DNA from: Octopus vulgaris
Taxonomy: Eukaryota
Reading direction: 5' to 3'
Assembly: GCA_951406725.2 (NCBI GenBank)
Contig: OX597822.1
Coordinates: forward strand, 58,156,001 to 58,220,000
Length of the DNA: 64,000 nt
The notes below the pieces were generated by a model. It was not told where the DNA came from. It saw only the letters and a program-made list of their open reading frames with translations, and did not search any database. The position numbers and the translations under genes were made by a program. Every line of letters starts with the position of its first letter. The stretch's first letter is position 1. Shown piece by piece: positions 12,266-23,299 of the stretch.

Positions 12266-14414
12266 TTAATTTCCCACCTTTCATAACATACACAAATCAA
12301 CAATCCAATTATCTGAAATTCTTCAACCCCATATACTGCTGTTCCAATCATATTCTTCTTGCAAATGTTCAACAAATGCACATATAAATGTTCAAATTGA
12401 TTAGCAATGAAATCGATCTATACAAAGAGCATGGTCCTTGCTTTTACCTTTCTGGACTAATTTATTTTATTTCTTTACTTGTTTAAGTCACTGGACAGCA
12501 CTCATGATGGGCATCTTTGTTAAGATGCAACCACTACACTTTGTGGAGTGGTTGGCATTAGAAAAGCATATCCAGCTGTAGAAACCATGTCAGAGTAGAC
12601 ATTGGAGCTTGGACAGTCCCCTGGTTTGTCAGCTTCTGTCAAACTGTCCAACACATGCCAGCATGAAAAATGGATGTTAAATGATGATGATGATGGTGTG
12701 TGTGTGTGTGTGTATTGCGCATGTGTGCAGGAATCTGTGTTCATATTTAGACCAGTCTAAAACAAATGGTGTTGTATGCTGTATCATTTCATGCTCCATA
12801 CTTTACCAGCTTAGCAAATATAGATCAACAAAGTTAAGGCACAACTGAAATCAGTGAACTGGAGGAGGGGTCAATTCTATTGCCCAAACCCTTGAAGGTG
12901 GTATCCTATGTGTGGCTGCAGTCCAATGACTGTGACTAATAAAAGAAACAAAATAGACATATGGGTACATTATAAAGGAAAGAGAGAAAGAGAAAAAAAT
13001 CTGAAAAGTATGTAGTACATGAGGCTAAACAGCCTAACTTATACAACACTTTTTAATTTTTGTTATTTTCTAATGGCCCAAAACATTTCTGAATAAATTA
13101 TATTTCATTATGAACAATAACAAAAGAAAACAAACTAATCATCATCTATTCTTCTCTCTTGTAACATTATTCTGAATGGTGACAGATGTTGATTCTAAGA
13201 GAAGGAGTTGAAGGGTACTTGGTAAAAAACAAAAACAATTTCCATTAATGAGGTAGTCAGGTGATTCTAAACACCTGTTACGTACATGATAGATTATAGG
13301 TACAAACGTTTTGGTTTTGTTTTTCAACAAAAAGAAACATTTGTAAACATCCTGTTACATTATTAGTGACTTTTCAGCCAGAACTCTTACAAAGGCAATC
13401 CCTAATTCTAATTTTTTTTTTGTTTTTAAAAAAAACCATCATTATCATTACTGTCATCATTTGGTTAAACTGTAATGTACTAGTATTTTAATATCTCAAT
13501 GCTTTATATCTAAGTAAAAATGCATTTTAAAAACATTCTCTGTGTGTGTGTATGTGCATGTATGTCTGTGTGCATGTGTGTGAGAGTGAGAGGGAGACAG
13601 AAAGAGTGAGAGGGAGAGACAGACAAAAAGTGACAGACTGACAGACAGGGTGTGTAAAGGTTTTAAAATAAGTTTTATTGTTATGTATTACTTGTAAGGA
13701 GCTGATCAAAAGTAGAATGGCTGTGAGAATATTATTAAGTTAGCTCACAAATTCTGAGAATCAGAAGGACCGATGGCACCAATGCTTATCTCTTTCTATA
13801 TCCAACCTCATAGCATTAATAAAATGAGGAACAAACAATATTCTAAAAAAGACTTTTGGTTTATGAGAGGGGTTTCTATTTTTTTCACTACTGCAGTGTT
13901 CTACACTCCATGGTACCTACATAGAATAAGGTACACTTAGCTACTGAGGGTTAAATAGTGAGTCACATGACAAAATGCAATGGTGATGATAGCACATTGA
14001 CTATTCTTCCTCTTTGTTAGCTGCTCAGCACCAAATCAACTCATTAATCTCTACTTTCAAGATTAGAAAGACTTTGATAACGTACATGAATGATATTCAA
14101 GTTTTAAAAAAAAACCTAAACCCCTCAAATATAATGTGTGTGCATGTGTTGTTGTTGTTATTTCCAATCTTCTATGAAAACATATCTGGCCACGGGGAAA
14201 TATTACCTTTACATGGGAACAGATGAGGGTTGGTAACAAGAAGGACATCCGACCATAACAATCTAATTCAATGAATTCTGTCTGATTCATGCAAGAATGG
14301 AAAACTGGAAGTTAAAACAATAACAATGATAATAGTGAAGATGATGATGATGATGATGGCAGTCATGATGTCCTATGTATGCTAAGTTTAAAGTCACAAA
14401 CAGCTAGTGCAACT

Positions 14415-14828
14415 TCTTGAGACAGCATTCACCCAGGGTGGGTTGAGCTTGCTTCATTCATCCTCAATGCTGCATCTCTCACAAACGCCGACCAGGCCTG
14501 GCGATTTGAGGCTAACGACCGCGTGATCTCCAACCACTCCTTATTCCAGCAGTGAACACCGTAGACATGGGGGCCTAGGTTGGGTTCCAGATCAGCCTTG
14601 ACTGTCATCAGCCAGGTTTTTCGTTGTCCACCACAGGGTTAGCGATAGCGATGTAGTGGAGAATGAAAAACCTGGCTGATGACAGTCAAGGCTGATCTGG
14701 AATCCAACCTAGGGCCCCATGTCTACAGCGTTTGCCGCTGGAATAAGGAGTGGTTAGAGATCATGCAGTCATTAGCCTCAAATCACCAGGCCTGGTCGGC
14801 ATTTGTGAGAGATGTAGCATCGAGGAGG
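14415..14828. mobile_element. Fold-back (inverted duplicated) 3' end of an RTE-clade LINE with an 8-bp TSD
   Basis: Arms 14461-14635 and 14652-14826 are ~90% identical reverse complements and translate to GGQRKTWLMTVKADLEPNLGPHVY..RWNKEWLE...LASN.QAWSAFVRD. The direct repeat GTGCAACT lies at 14407-14414 and 14829-14836. Confidence 0.88.
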
Positions 14829-15327
14829 GTGCAACTCACAAAAAATCTCTAAGCTAATACTGAAACTGTATTTCAGTAAGTGTTTCTATGATCAAAGCTT
14901 GCGCAGCGGGAATGGTATAATGTAAGTATGTATAGAAGCATATGGTAGTTGCGCACTATTAGCCAAGACCATACTGACTGAAACAGAGTAGGAAATGAAA
15001 ATATATAACATGAAGTTAATGGTCCAATCTTTATTTAGCTCTCAAAGAAGAACTTATTTCATACTGAAATACTCTTTACAAAGTGAAAATAGCAAAATCC
15101 TTGGCCATTATGTTATGTTCATAATCCACCCTACTGTTTTATTAGGTCCCTGCTATGTAAGATGTTAGTGATTTCCTAACTGACCTACCATATCTTATTG
15201 ATTTATTAATTAGTTGTTTTAGCAGCAGTACATGTTGCTGTTGTTGCTGTGGTTGTATTTAGTAGTTTATGTTGTTGTTCTCGAAGTAGTAGCAGTTTGA
15301 ATAGCTTAGGATCTAGTGCCACAGGAA

Positions 15328-15692
15328 CTCTTTTACTTATTTCAGTCATTTGACTGTGGCCATGCTGGAGCACTGCCTTTAGTCGAGCAAATCGACACCA
15401 GGACTTATTCTTTGTAAGCCTAGTACTTATTCTATTGGTCTCTGTTGCTGAACTGCTAAGTTACGGGAGAACAAACACAGACAGACATACACATATACAT
15501 ATATGTATATATATATATATATATATATACGACAGGCTTCTTTCAGTTTCTATCTACCAAATCCATTCGCAAGGCTTTGGTCGGCCTGAGGCTATAGTAG
15601 AAGACAGTTGCCCAAGGAGCCACGCAGTGGGACTGAACCCAGAACCATGTGGTTCGTAACCAAGCTACTTAGCACACAGCCACTCCTACGCC
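15328..15692 (-). mobile_element. SINE family A, full length
   Basis: Reverse complement of the family A consensus, including the head GGCGTAGGAGTGGCTGTG. Confidence 0.9.
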
Positions 15693-15841
15693 AATCAAAA
15701 ATTTAAAAGCAATGCACAAGTTTAGCATCTGATATCTACAGAACTGAAGTCATATTCTATATCATATAAATGCTTGGTTACATAGAGTACAGTGCATCAA
15801 TCAGAGTATGTTACGTTAGAAACACATCCAACAAAAGTGCT

Positions 15842-16065
15842 TAACCCTTTGGTATTTAAACCAGCCATATCTAGCCCAAATATTTTACCTGTTTTATGTT
15901 CAAACCAGCCAGATTTAACTTCTCATACCTACCCTACAATGTCATTCTAAAAAGAAACAATAATGCTACAGTATTCTTGAAGCTACAAGATAATGTATAA
16001 TTAATTCAAAACAATATGAATAAATAAGCGTTGTATTTGACATAGTAATCTGAATGCTAGAGTTA
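15842..16065. mobile_element. piggyBac-like TTAA MITE
   Basis: TTAA|CCCTTTGGTATTTAAACC at the left end, decayed right TIR; the body matches 42826-43057. Confidence 0.7.
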
Positions 16066-17269
16066 CACTCATTTCTTCTTTCTCCTTACAGCCATCATCA
16101 TCATTATCATCACTGCTGCCGGCACCGTTGCTACCACTACCATTTTACTGTCATTGTTGGGTGAGCAACTATTTTTAATGGTGTCATGAACTTGACTAGT
16201 CTACAAGAATTCTACTCTACTTCCACTCTAATATATTACAGTATCATCAAAAATAATATTATTTTTTTATGGTCGAATCCAAGCTGTTTACCTAGTAATA
16301 AGTACCCTCAAGGACAATACAAATATACTATATTTAATTGAGAAACAACCCAATAAACAATTAAAGCAAGTAATGGATACAACTAAGAATTGTTAGATTA
16401 AGTCCTGACAGTTTGTACTGAATGTTATTCACAAACAATTATTAATTGAAATTTCTGTCTTTTTCAGAGAAAGGAAATAAAAACCGAGCAGCAATTTTTA
16501 GAATTCAAAACCTTATGGTCGGAAAGAGAACTTCTTAATCACACAGCCATGCCTGCCTCTACATATAACATGCACATGCATGTCCATGTGGTTAAACTTC
16601 ATTTCCCAACTATGTAGTTTTGGGTTCAGTCTCTCTGCACAGCACCTTGTCTTTTACTATAACCATGAGCTGACTAAAGCATGAGTGGATTTGGCAAACA
16701 GAAACTGAAAGTCAATTTTGTATGTATGTATATGTATGTTTGTGTGCATTTTCATGTTTTGCATAGGCATAGTGATACCTAGTGTTAGAACTCAAAATAT
16801 ATATGCTTCAGAATAAAGTATTTGCATCCTATAGAAGAAACAAGTGTAAGCTAATGAAGTTCAATATATAATTCCTTTGTCATTTATTTAATTTTGTGTG
16901 TGTGTCTCTCTCTCTCTTACTCTCTCTCTCTCTCTCTCTCTCTTTCCGTGCATGTGTGTGTCTCTCTCTCTTACTCTCTCTCTCTCTCTCTCTCTTTCCG
17001 TGCATGTTTGTTTACACTTGTGCTGAACTACAAGCTGGGATTTTACAATACCTCAGTAATACATTTATCAAACCCATACTCAGATGATAAAACAGACAGA
17101 AAAACAAAAGAATGATATTGAAATATAAAGGCTTTTGACCTGATGGTTAGAGAATTAAGTTCATGATCAATTCCTGGACCAGAAAGTTTGCTGTGTCTTG
17201 AGGTGATACATTTCATTTGCTTCAGTCTACTCAGCTGATGATACAATCAAATGATGATACAGCTCTCTC

Positions 17270-17460
17270 TCTGACTTTAGTTATCACCTCCTTGAAATTC
17301 TGTTGATTCAAAAGTAAAAGGGCTGAGAGAGTACCTGTGTCTGCTTATGACTGCATAGATACCGAAAACAATTATGAATATAATGCACCACCTGATCTGG
17401 GAATTGAAACCGTGATCTCACGATTGTGAGTGTAACACCCTAACCACTAGGCCATGTGCC

Positions 17461-17463
<3 letters not shown>
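17270..17463 (-). mobile_element. SINE family E (diverged)
   Basis: Minus-strand head TGGCCTAGTGGTTAGGG...GTTTCAATTCC. Confidence 0.7.
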
Positions 17464-17497
<34 letters not shown>

Positions 17498-17553
17498 CCA
17501 ACTTCAAATAAGATGGTATTGAACAAGAAATATAATAAGATTGTTCAACTTAC

Positions 17554-17665
17554 ATGCCTTCTTTTATCCTGGATTCATTGTACTGTTTGTGGAAATCTAG
17601 CAGCTCACTGACAAGACCTCGCTGAAGCATGTCATCAACTCTTTTATCAAGACGTTCATTCAAGA
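17554..17665 (-). CDS. TRIT1: Internal coding exon (112 nt) of tRNA dimethylallyltransferase / tRNA isopentenyltransferase
   Basis: On the minus strand a polypyrimidine tract and ...TTTTTCAG acceptor precede the exon, which reads (x)[40 protein letters not shown] and ends at a GTAAGT donor. The [10 protein letters not shown]...GL..E..DFH motif is characteristic of the MiaA/MOD5/TRIT1 IPP-transferase family. Confidence 0.9.
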
Positions 17666-18316
17666 CTGAAAAACAAAATATAGAAAAGAGTGAAAAAAAA
17701 GGACATGCCTGATTATTGCTGATCAATATTTCAAAAAAAAAAAAATTACCTGCATCCCACACTCAGAATTTGTAGTCTTGCAGCATGGTGACCTCACAAG
17801 AGCTGATGGCATGAAAAAACACCCAATATATTCTATAAAGTGGTTGGTGTTAGGAAGGGCGTCCAGACATAGAGACCATGCCAAAACAGACACTGAAGCA
17901 TAACACAGACCATTGACCCATTGGATCCTGTCAATCCATCCAATCCATGCAAGCATTTAATATGGATTTCAAATTATGCTAATGATAATTCTGAGTTCAA
18001 ATTTTAATCAAGTTTTTTAGAGTTTTTCACCAAATGAAGGTTTATTAAAAAATGGAGATGAATAATTCAAGTATGCGATTGCAGTGGTGTCACTGTCTAT
18101 CATTGTCTATCAAATGTGACACGAAGCTCCCCAAGTGAGCTTCATGTCACATTTAATTAGACGCTAAACACTTTTATTTTTAGAGAAGGAATCAATGAAA
18201 TTAACCTCGATACTTATTCTATCAGCTATTTTACCAATCTACTGTTACAGGGATGTAAACAAACTTACACCAACTGTTCAGTAGAGAGAGACAAACTCAA
18301 ACATGTCTCCCACTCC

Positions 18317-18351
<35 letters not shown>

Positions 18352-18352
18352 T

Positions 18353-18565
18353 GGAGGCACGTGACTTAGTGGTTAGGGTGTCAGCATCATGATCGTAAGA
18401 TTGTAGTTTTGATTCCTGGACCAGGTGACATGTTATGTTCTTGAGCAAAACACTTAATTTCATGTTGCTCCAGTCCACTCAGCTGGCAAAAATGAGTAAT
18501 GCTGGGGAACACATACGCCACTGAAACTGGGAAACCGGGCCCATGAGCCTGGTTAGGCTTTAAAA
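18353..18565 (+). mobile_element. SINE family E
   Basis: Head GTGACTTAGTGGTTAGGG and core TCTTGAGCAAAACACTT...CCAGTCCACTCAGCTGGCAAAAATGAGTA, shared with the 5330 copy. Confidence 0.8.
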
Positions 18566-19616
18566 GGAGCATATTTTTTTTTTTTATATATACACACACA
18601 CACAGTGTGTGTGTGTATGAATGGTATCCAAGAGATCGGAAAAGATCACTTAGATGGCTTCCATGATGATGGGAAAATGATTTAGTCAAGCAGTTTGGGT
18701 CAAGATAGAAAAGGATGGTGCAATCAAGACAAAATTGGAGGCACATTGTAACTAGCAGCGTATAACAACATCTGATGACCTGGTCAAGAGTGTGTGTGTG
18801 TGCACATATGTGTATGTACATCCTTTAAACTGCATCCAGTAGTGGTGCCTTGGTGCAAAAGTTCCAATGTTTTTGAGGAATGAAGAACCATTTCTTTGCC
18901 ATTATTGTTCACAGATGTACTCAGACAAGGAATTGTAGCACCTGTCAGGGTCCCTAGTTATGGGTTAAATAGCAATAATGGGCTTGTTTACCTATATATG
19001 GGAAGACTGGATCTTGTGGACTCTGCAGAAGTAGCCTTAATTGTTCAATGGAGAAGTCAGCTGCAGCAACACACTGTGAACTGCAGAGAGTAAATTGTGG
19101 CAACCAAGATATTTTGATCACATTTTGATAATCCATCACATCTGTTTCCATCCCCAGTTATCTCAACTTTATCATGCCACTGGATTGAAAATGGCCAAGG
19201 ATGAAAGAGAAAGGTTGACAGCATGCAATTCTCCTCCAATCAAAACAAGTTTGCCATGCAAGTCATCAGTCATCCATAAGGATTGCTAGATGGTCCTCAT
19301 TACTTCCAGGGATGAACGTGTATTTATAGCAGATTAAAGTAAATTGAGAAATCCGAATGGCTTCTTCAGTTAGTGCTCCTGCTAATACTAGCCAACAGAA
19401 CGCATAGAAATGAACAGCTTTCCTTAAAAGAACCATTTCATAAAAACTATAATTCCAGGAAGGTAATATCATTATTTCATTCTTGGAATTAATATATTAT
19501 GTAATAGTCTACTCAGCTGGAAAAATGAGTTGTACTTGTATTTCAAATGGCAACATTATCACACTCTCTGTTACACTGAATCTCCCTGAAAACTGTTGAG
19601 CATTTTTTGATTGTCT

Positions 19617-19679
19617 TAATAACTGACAAGATGCCGGAGCAGATTTCCGCTCCGACATCCAAAACTCAGAGTTTTATTA
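19617..19679 (+). ncRNA. Degenerate type I hammerhead ribozyme motif (Penelope-like)
   Basis: Stem I TAATAA/TTATTA; core CTGACAA (from CTGACGA); stem II GATGCCGGAGC/GCTCCGACATC; CAAAA (from CGAAA); stem III ACTC-A-GAGT; cleavage triplet GUU. Confidence 0.65.
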
Positions 19680-19794
19680 TGGCAACTGAATAATTGTCAC
19701 ATATTATATTACAGATAAATTCCTCTATTTACATAATATCAAGGTCTCATTCATTCTTTTGTTGTCATACCATTACTATTTATATATATATATA

Positions 19795-20181
19795 GGTACA
19801 GGATGGCTGTGTGGTTGCTTAACACACAGCTTGCTTACCAGCCACTTGGTTCCATGTTCATTCCCACTGCGTGGCACCTTGGGCAAGTGTCTTCTACTAT
19901 AGCCTTGTGAGTGGATTTGGTAGATGGAAACTGAAAGAAGCCCATCGTATGTATATATATATATATGTGTGTGTATATGTTTGTGTGACTGTGTTTGTCC
20001 CAACAACATTGCTTGACAACCGATGGTGGTGTGTTTACGTCCCCATACCTTAGTGGTCTGGCAAAAGAGACCGATAGAATAAGTACTAGGCTTCCAAAGA
20101 ATAAGTCCTGGGGTTGATTTGCTCGACTAAAGGCAGTGCTCCAGCATGGCCACAGTCAAATGACTGAAACAAGTAAAAGAG
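19795..20181 (+). mobile_element. SINE family A, full length with a small internal deletion
   Basis: Family A head, core and tail. Confidence 0.9.
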
Positions 20182-20212
20182 AAAATGATAAAGAAATATA
20201 TATATATATATA

Positions 20213-20601
20213 CTAGCAGTATCACCCAGTGTTGCTTGGGTTTGTTTCGACCCTTTAGAATTGGAATTTTTGAAAAGTAAAAATTTTGCATTATGCAACT
20301 TGTTATTCTCTTCAAGTGAACATTTTTTCAGTTGAAATACACCGAAAAATGGTGACACAGCAGTCAAAAATCGTAAAATTTAGGGATTTTCATAGAAAAA
20401 AAGCACCTTTTTGATGTAAATAATTTTTGGTGTTAACATGGTCCGATTTGAATTTTATCTTCTACAGAATGAAGAGCAAGCCTTCTTCTATCATACTCTC
20501 AATTTTGGTCAACTTGCGCTGCAGGGTCTCAAAGGAGATAGTGTTAGTTGAAGACTACCAAACCTGCCACACACAGACAACTTCAGCTTTATATATATAG
20601 A
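20213..20601 (-). mobile_element. Non-autonomous Helitron (~390 bp)
   Basis: The minus strand runs A|TCTATATAT...CCCAAGCAACACTGGG hairpin...CTAG|T; homologous copies lie at 41828 and 61431. Confidence 0.85.
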
Positions 20602-21295
20602 TTTGCTACACACTACTTACCATCCTTAATAATGAAACTTGGTAGATCCAAAAGTTAAACACACAGACACGCACACAGATACACACACAGACACACAAGT
20701 TGAGTTTTATATATATAGATTTCTCAATGGGGATTTCAGGGGAGAGTTTCAGGGAGTCGCTGGCGATGTATCCGGCCTGCTAAAATTTGGTTAAAGTGAT
20801 TCAAACTGCAGACTCAACACAAAATGGTTACATTAAATTCAAAGCGTTAAAAATGTTATGAAAATAATTGGTATGTGTTCACAAAGTCTAAATGATTAAT
20901 ACGAAAAAACCCTCCAGGCTACATCCCGAAAATTAATTTCTTTGCCGAATTTCTACAATGTTTACGGCGATTCGTTTTTATATCTTGATTTTTTAATTTT
21001 TCATGCAATTTACGCATGCTTGCACGCGTGGTGAACACAGTTTACGTCAAACAGCTGACTGAGTAAAGTTCACTATTCAATGCACGGGATAAGGCCTAAA
21101 CAAACACATTATCGATTTTTACACTTGCAAGATGAATTTCGGAACAGAAATAGCGCAGTTCAATTTTCATTCGCCTAAACTTTAAGTGACCCATTTTTGG
21201 TGGTTCTACGATTTGTTGGCTAGGAGGAGATGTGCTGGGAAGTTAAACACACAGACATACAAGTTGAGTTTTATATATATATATATATATATATA
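20602..21295 (-). mobile_element. Two further Helitron-like 5' modules stacked upstream of the Helitron
   Basis: AAGTTAAACACACAGAC...AAGTTGAGTTTTATATATAT recurs at about 20650-20720 and 21240-21295 and resembles the 5' end of the adjacent Helitron. Confidence 0.55.
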
Positions 21296-21412
21296 AAGTT
21301 AATCCAAACAAGAAAACACAGGAAAAAAGGGGAAAAAAAAGAAAAAAACACAGCAACGCAGGACGTGGAACAATTAAAGTATTATTGACGCTCAGGAAAG
21401 AAGGGAAGGAGG

Positions 21413-21447
21413 GTTTAACGTTTCGAGCGGAGCTCTTCGTCGGAAAC
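21413..21447 (-). ncRNA. Minimal type I hammerhead ribozyme motif in a Penelope-like terminal repeat fragment (about 21296-21480)
   Basis: The minus strand reads GTTT-CCGACGA-A-GAGC TCC GCTC-GAAA-CG-TT-AAAC: stem I GTTT/AAAC, a variant core (U4C), stem II, GAAA, palindromic ACGT stem III and a GUU cleavage site. Confidence 0.7.
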
Positions 21448-23299
21448 AAGGAGAAGGAAAGATCCCAAGGAGGGAAGACAGAGGAGACAATATTTGAGCT
21501 GGTGGTGCTTAAGAGATCACATGTTGAAAAGAACAGAATTTGGAGGTAGTTGAAAAATGGTTTTATAATGCAAGAGAGTTCCAAATAAAGGGAATGCCTG
21601 TGTGTGTGTGTGTGTGTGTGTGTGCAAGATGACAAGTGTGTTTGTGCATGCGTGTGTGTGTGTGTGTGTATTTTTGGTGAATAGATAATGACAAAGCCAG
21701 CTGTGGTGATGACTACTAGCTGTTTGTGTCAAGGTAGGTCAAAGACAGGTCAAAAAACATCATGTGTGTGTGTGTGTGCGTGTGTGTATGCGTAGAGTGT
21801 GGGTGTGTGGCGTAACCCTAGTACATGTGTGTGTGTGTGTGTGTAGGGGGATGTATATATATATGACAGGTTTCTGCACAGTTTCCATCTATCATATTCA
21901 CTGATATGGCATTGGTCAACCCGGAGCTATAATAGGTGCTGTGTAGTGAGACTGAACTTGAAAACTCAGTCGCAAAGTGAACTTCTTAACCATACAGCCA
22001 TGTTCATTATTTCATTGTCTCAAATTGATCAGCTTCTGGAGTTTTTTGTTTTAGATTATATAAGATAATGGCCAAATTTATTCTTTCAATAGCAGAAGCA
22101 GCAGCAATTTCTTACAGCTTTCTAAATATCCAGGAAATTCATTTTTTTTTTCCACCTCCCATTTCAAGAATGTCATTTTGTAATCTATCAACAGAGGTGA
22201 CCTTTGACGTAATTTAAAACAGTTTTTGTCTTTTCTTTAATATAAGACACTGCTATCCTTCCACACAGAAAGAAAGAAGTTTTTTTTCTTTAAATTTATT
22301 CAGTGACAGCTAATGAGTCTGCAGACAAAACTCCTTCTTAGTCAAAACACAAAGGTTACAAGCAACAACAGGATTAACACCAAAGTAAATGTCAAGACAA
22401 AGAAACCATTTATAAGGAAGGGATTCTTGAGAAATACCAGAAAATAGAACAGATAAAAGCCAAGATGAGAATGTTCAGACTTTTTCTTTTCTTTTTTTTG
22501 CATATTTATATATTTTTTCTTTACTCTAAACTAGAACATTATTCAAGATACACAAAGGATTTGAAAATAACTCTCACATCTGTTCTTTCATTATATCTGC
22601 AATGGATGAGGAGTAGAGGTGTGGATACCTTAGAGTTAAATAACAATTTTATCTATTTTTACTCTTTCATTGCTTTTTCAATTTATTTGTATTACAAATA
22701 GAAGCCCTGCTACCACCACCACCACCACCACCACCACCAGCAGCAAAACCACAAAGATATCTGGTGTGCAACGACTTGAAAAGGATATTTAGAAGACCAA
22801 GATAGCCATTTACAATTTACCTTACTGTTGTTAAAGGAAAAGAAAGAATCTGGTTGAGGATAAACACACATAGGAAGAGTGTTTTAATGTTGAATGATCT
22901 AAGGAAATAAAATGAATTTGTGAAGCTTAGATTAAGCCTTGATGTAATACATTGAAAAATAAATCATAGAGGGAATATACTACTGTGGCAAAAACTTGAA
23001 TTGGGCTTGATCAGAATGTATACTACAAGAGTGAGTTTCATGTGAAAAGAAGAGAGAATAAAACAGCCCAAATTACCTATGGTGGATATAGCAATAAAGG
23101 TTACATTGGTAAGTATAAATTGGTGCAAATAAAATGTTATACTACTTGAAAAGGTTCACTTAGAACATAAGAATATGATTTAACACTGAGGAACACATTC
23201 CAGAGGAATCACAGCATTGACCATGACAACAATAAAACAGTGTTTGACAATATAACATCCATCAACATCCAAAAAGCAAGACTTGATGCTGCTGCTGCT

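Noticed and set aside
13142-13330. Minus-strand ORF as a possible downstream TRIT1 exon
   Set aside because: No GIFQSIGFKEF or other family motif, and no donor site before the stop.
17666-17762. N-terminal part of ORF 17550-17762 ([10 protein letters not shown]...)
   Set aside because: Intronic read-through upstream of the acceptor AG.
18830-19470. Cluster of overlapping short ORFs in unique-looking DNA
   Set aside because: No coherent frame; faint resemblance to a decayed LINE endonuclease region, but too weak to call.
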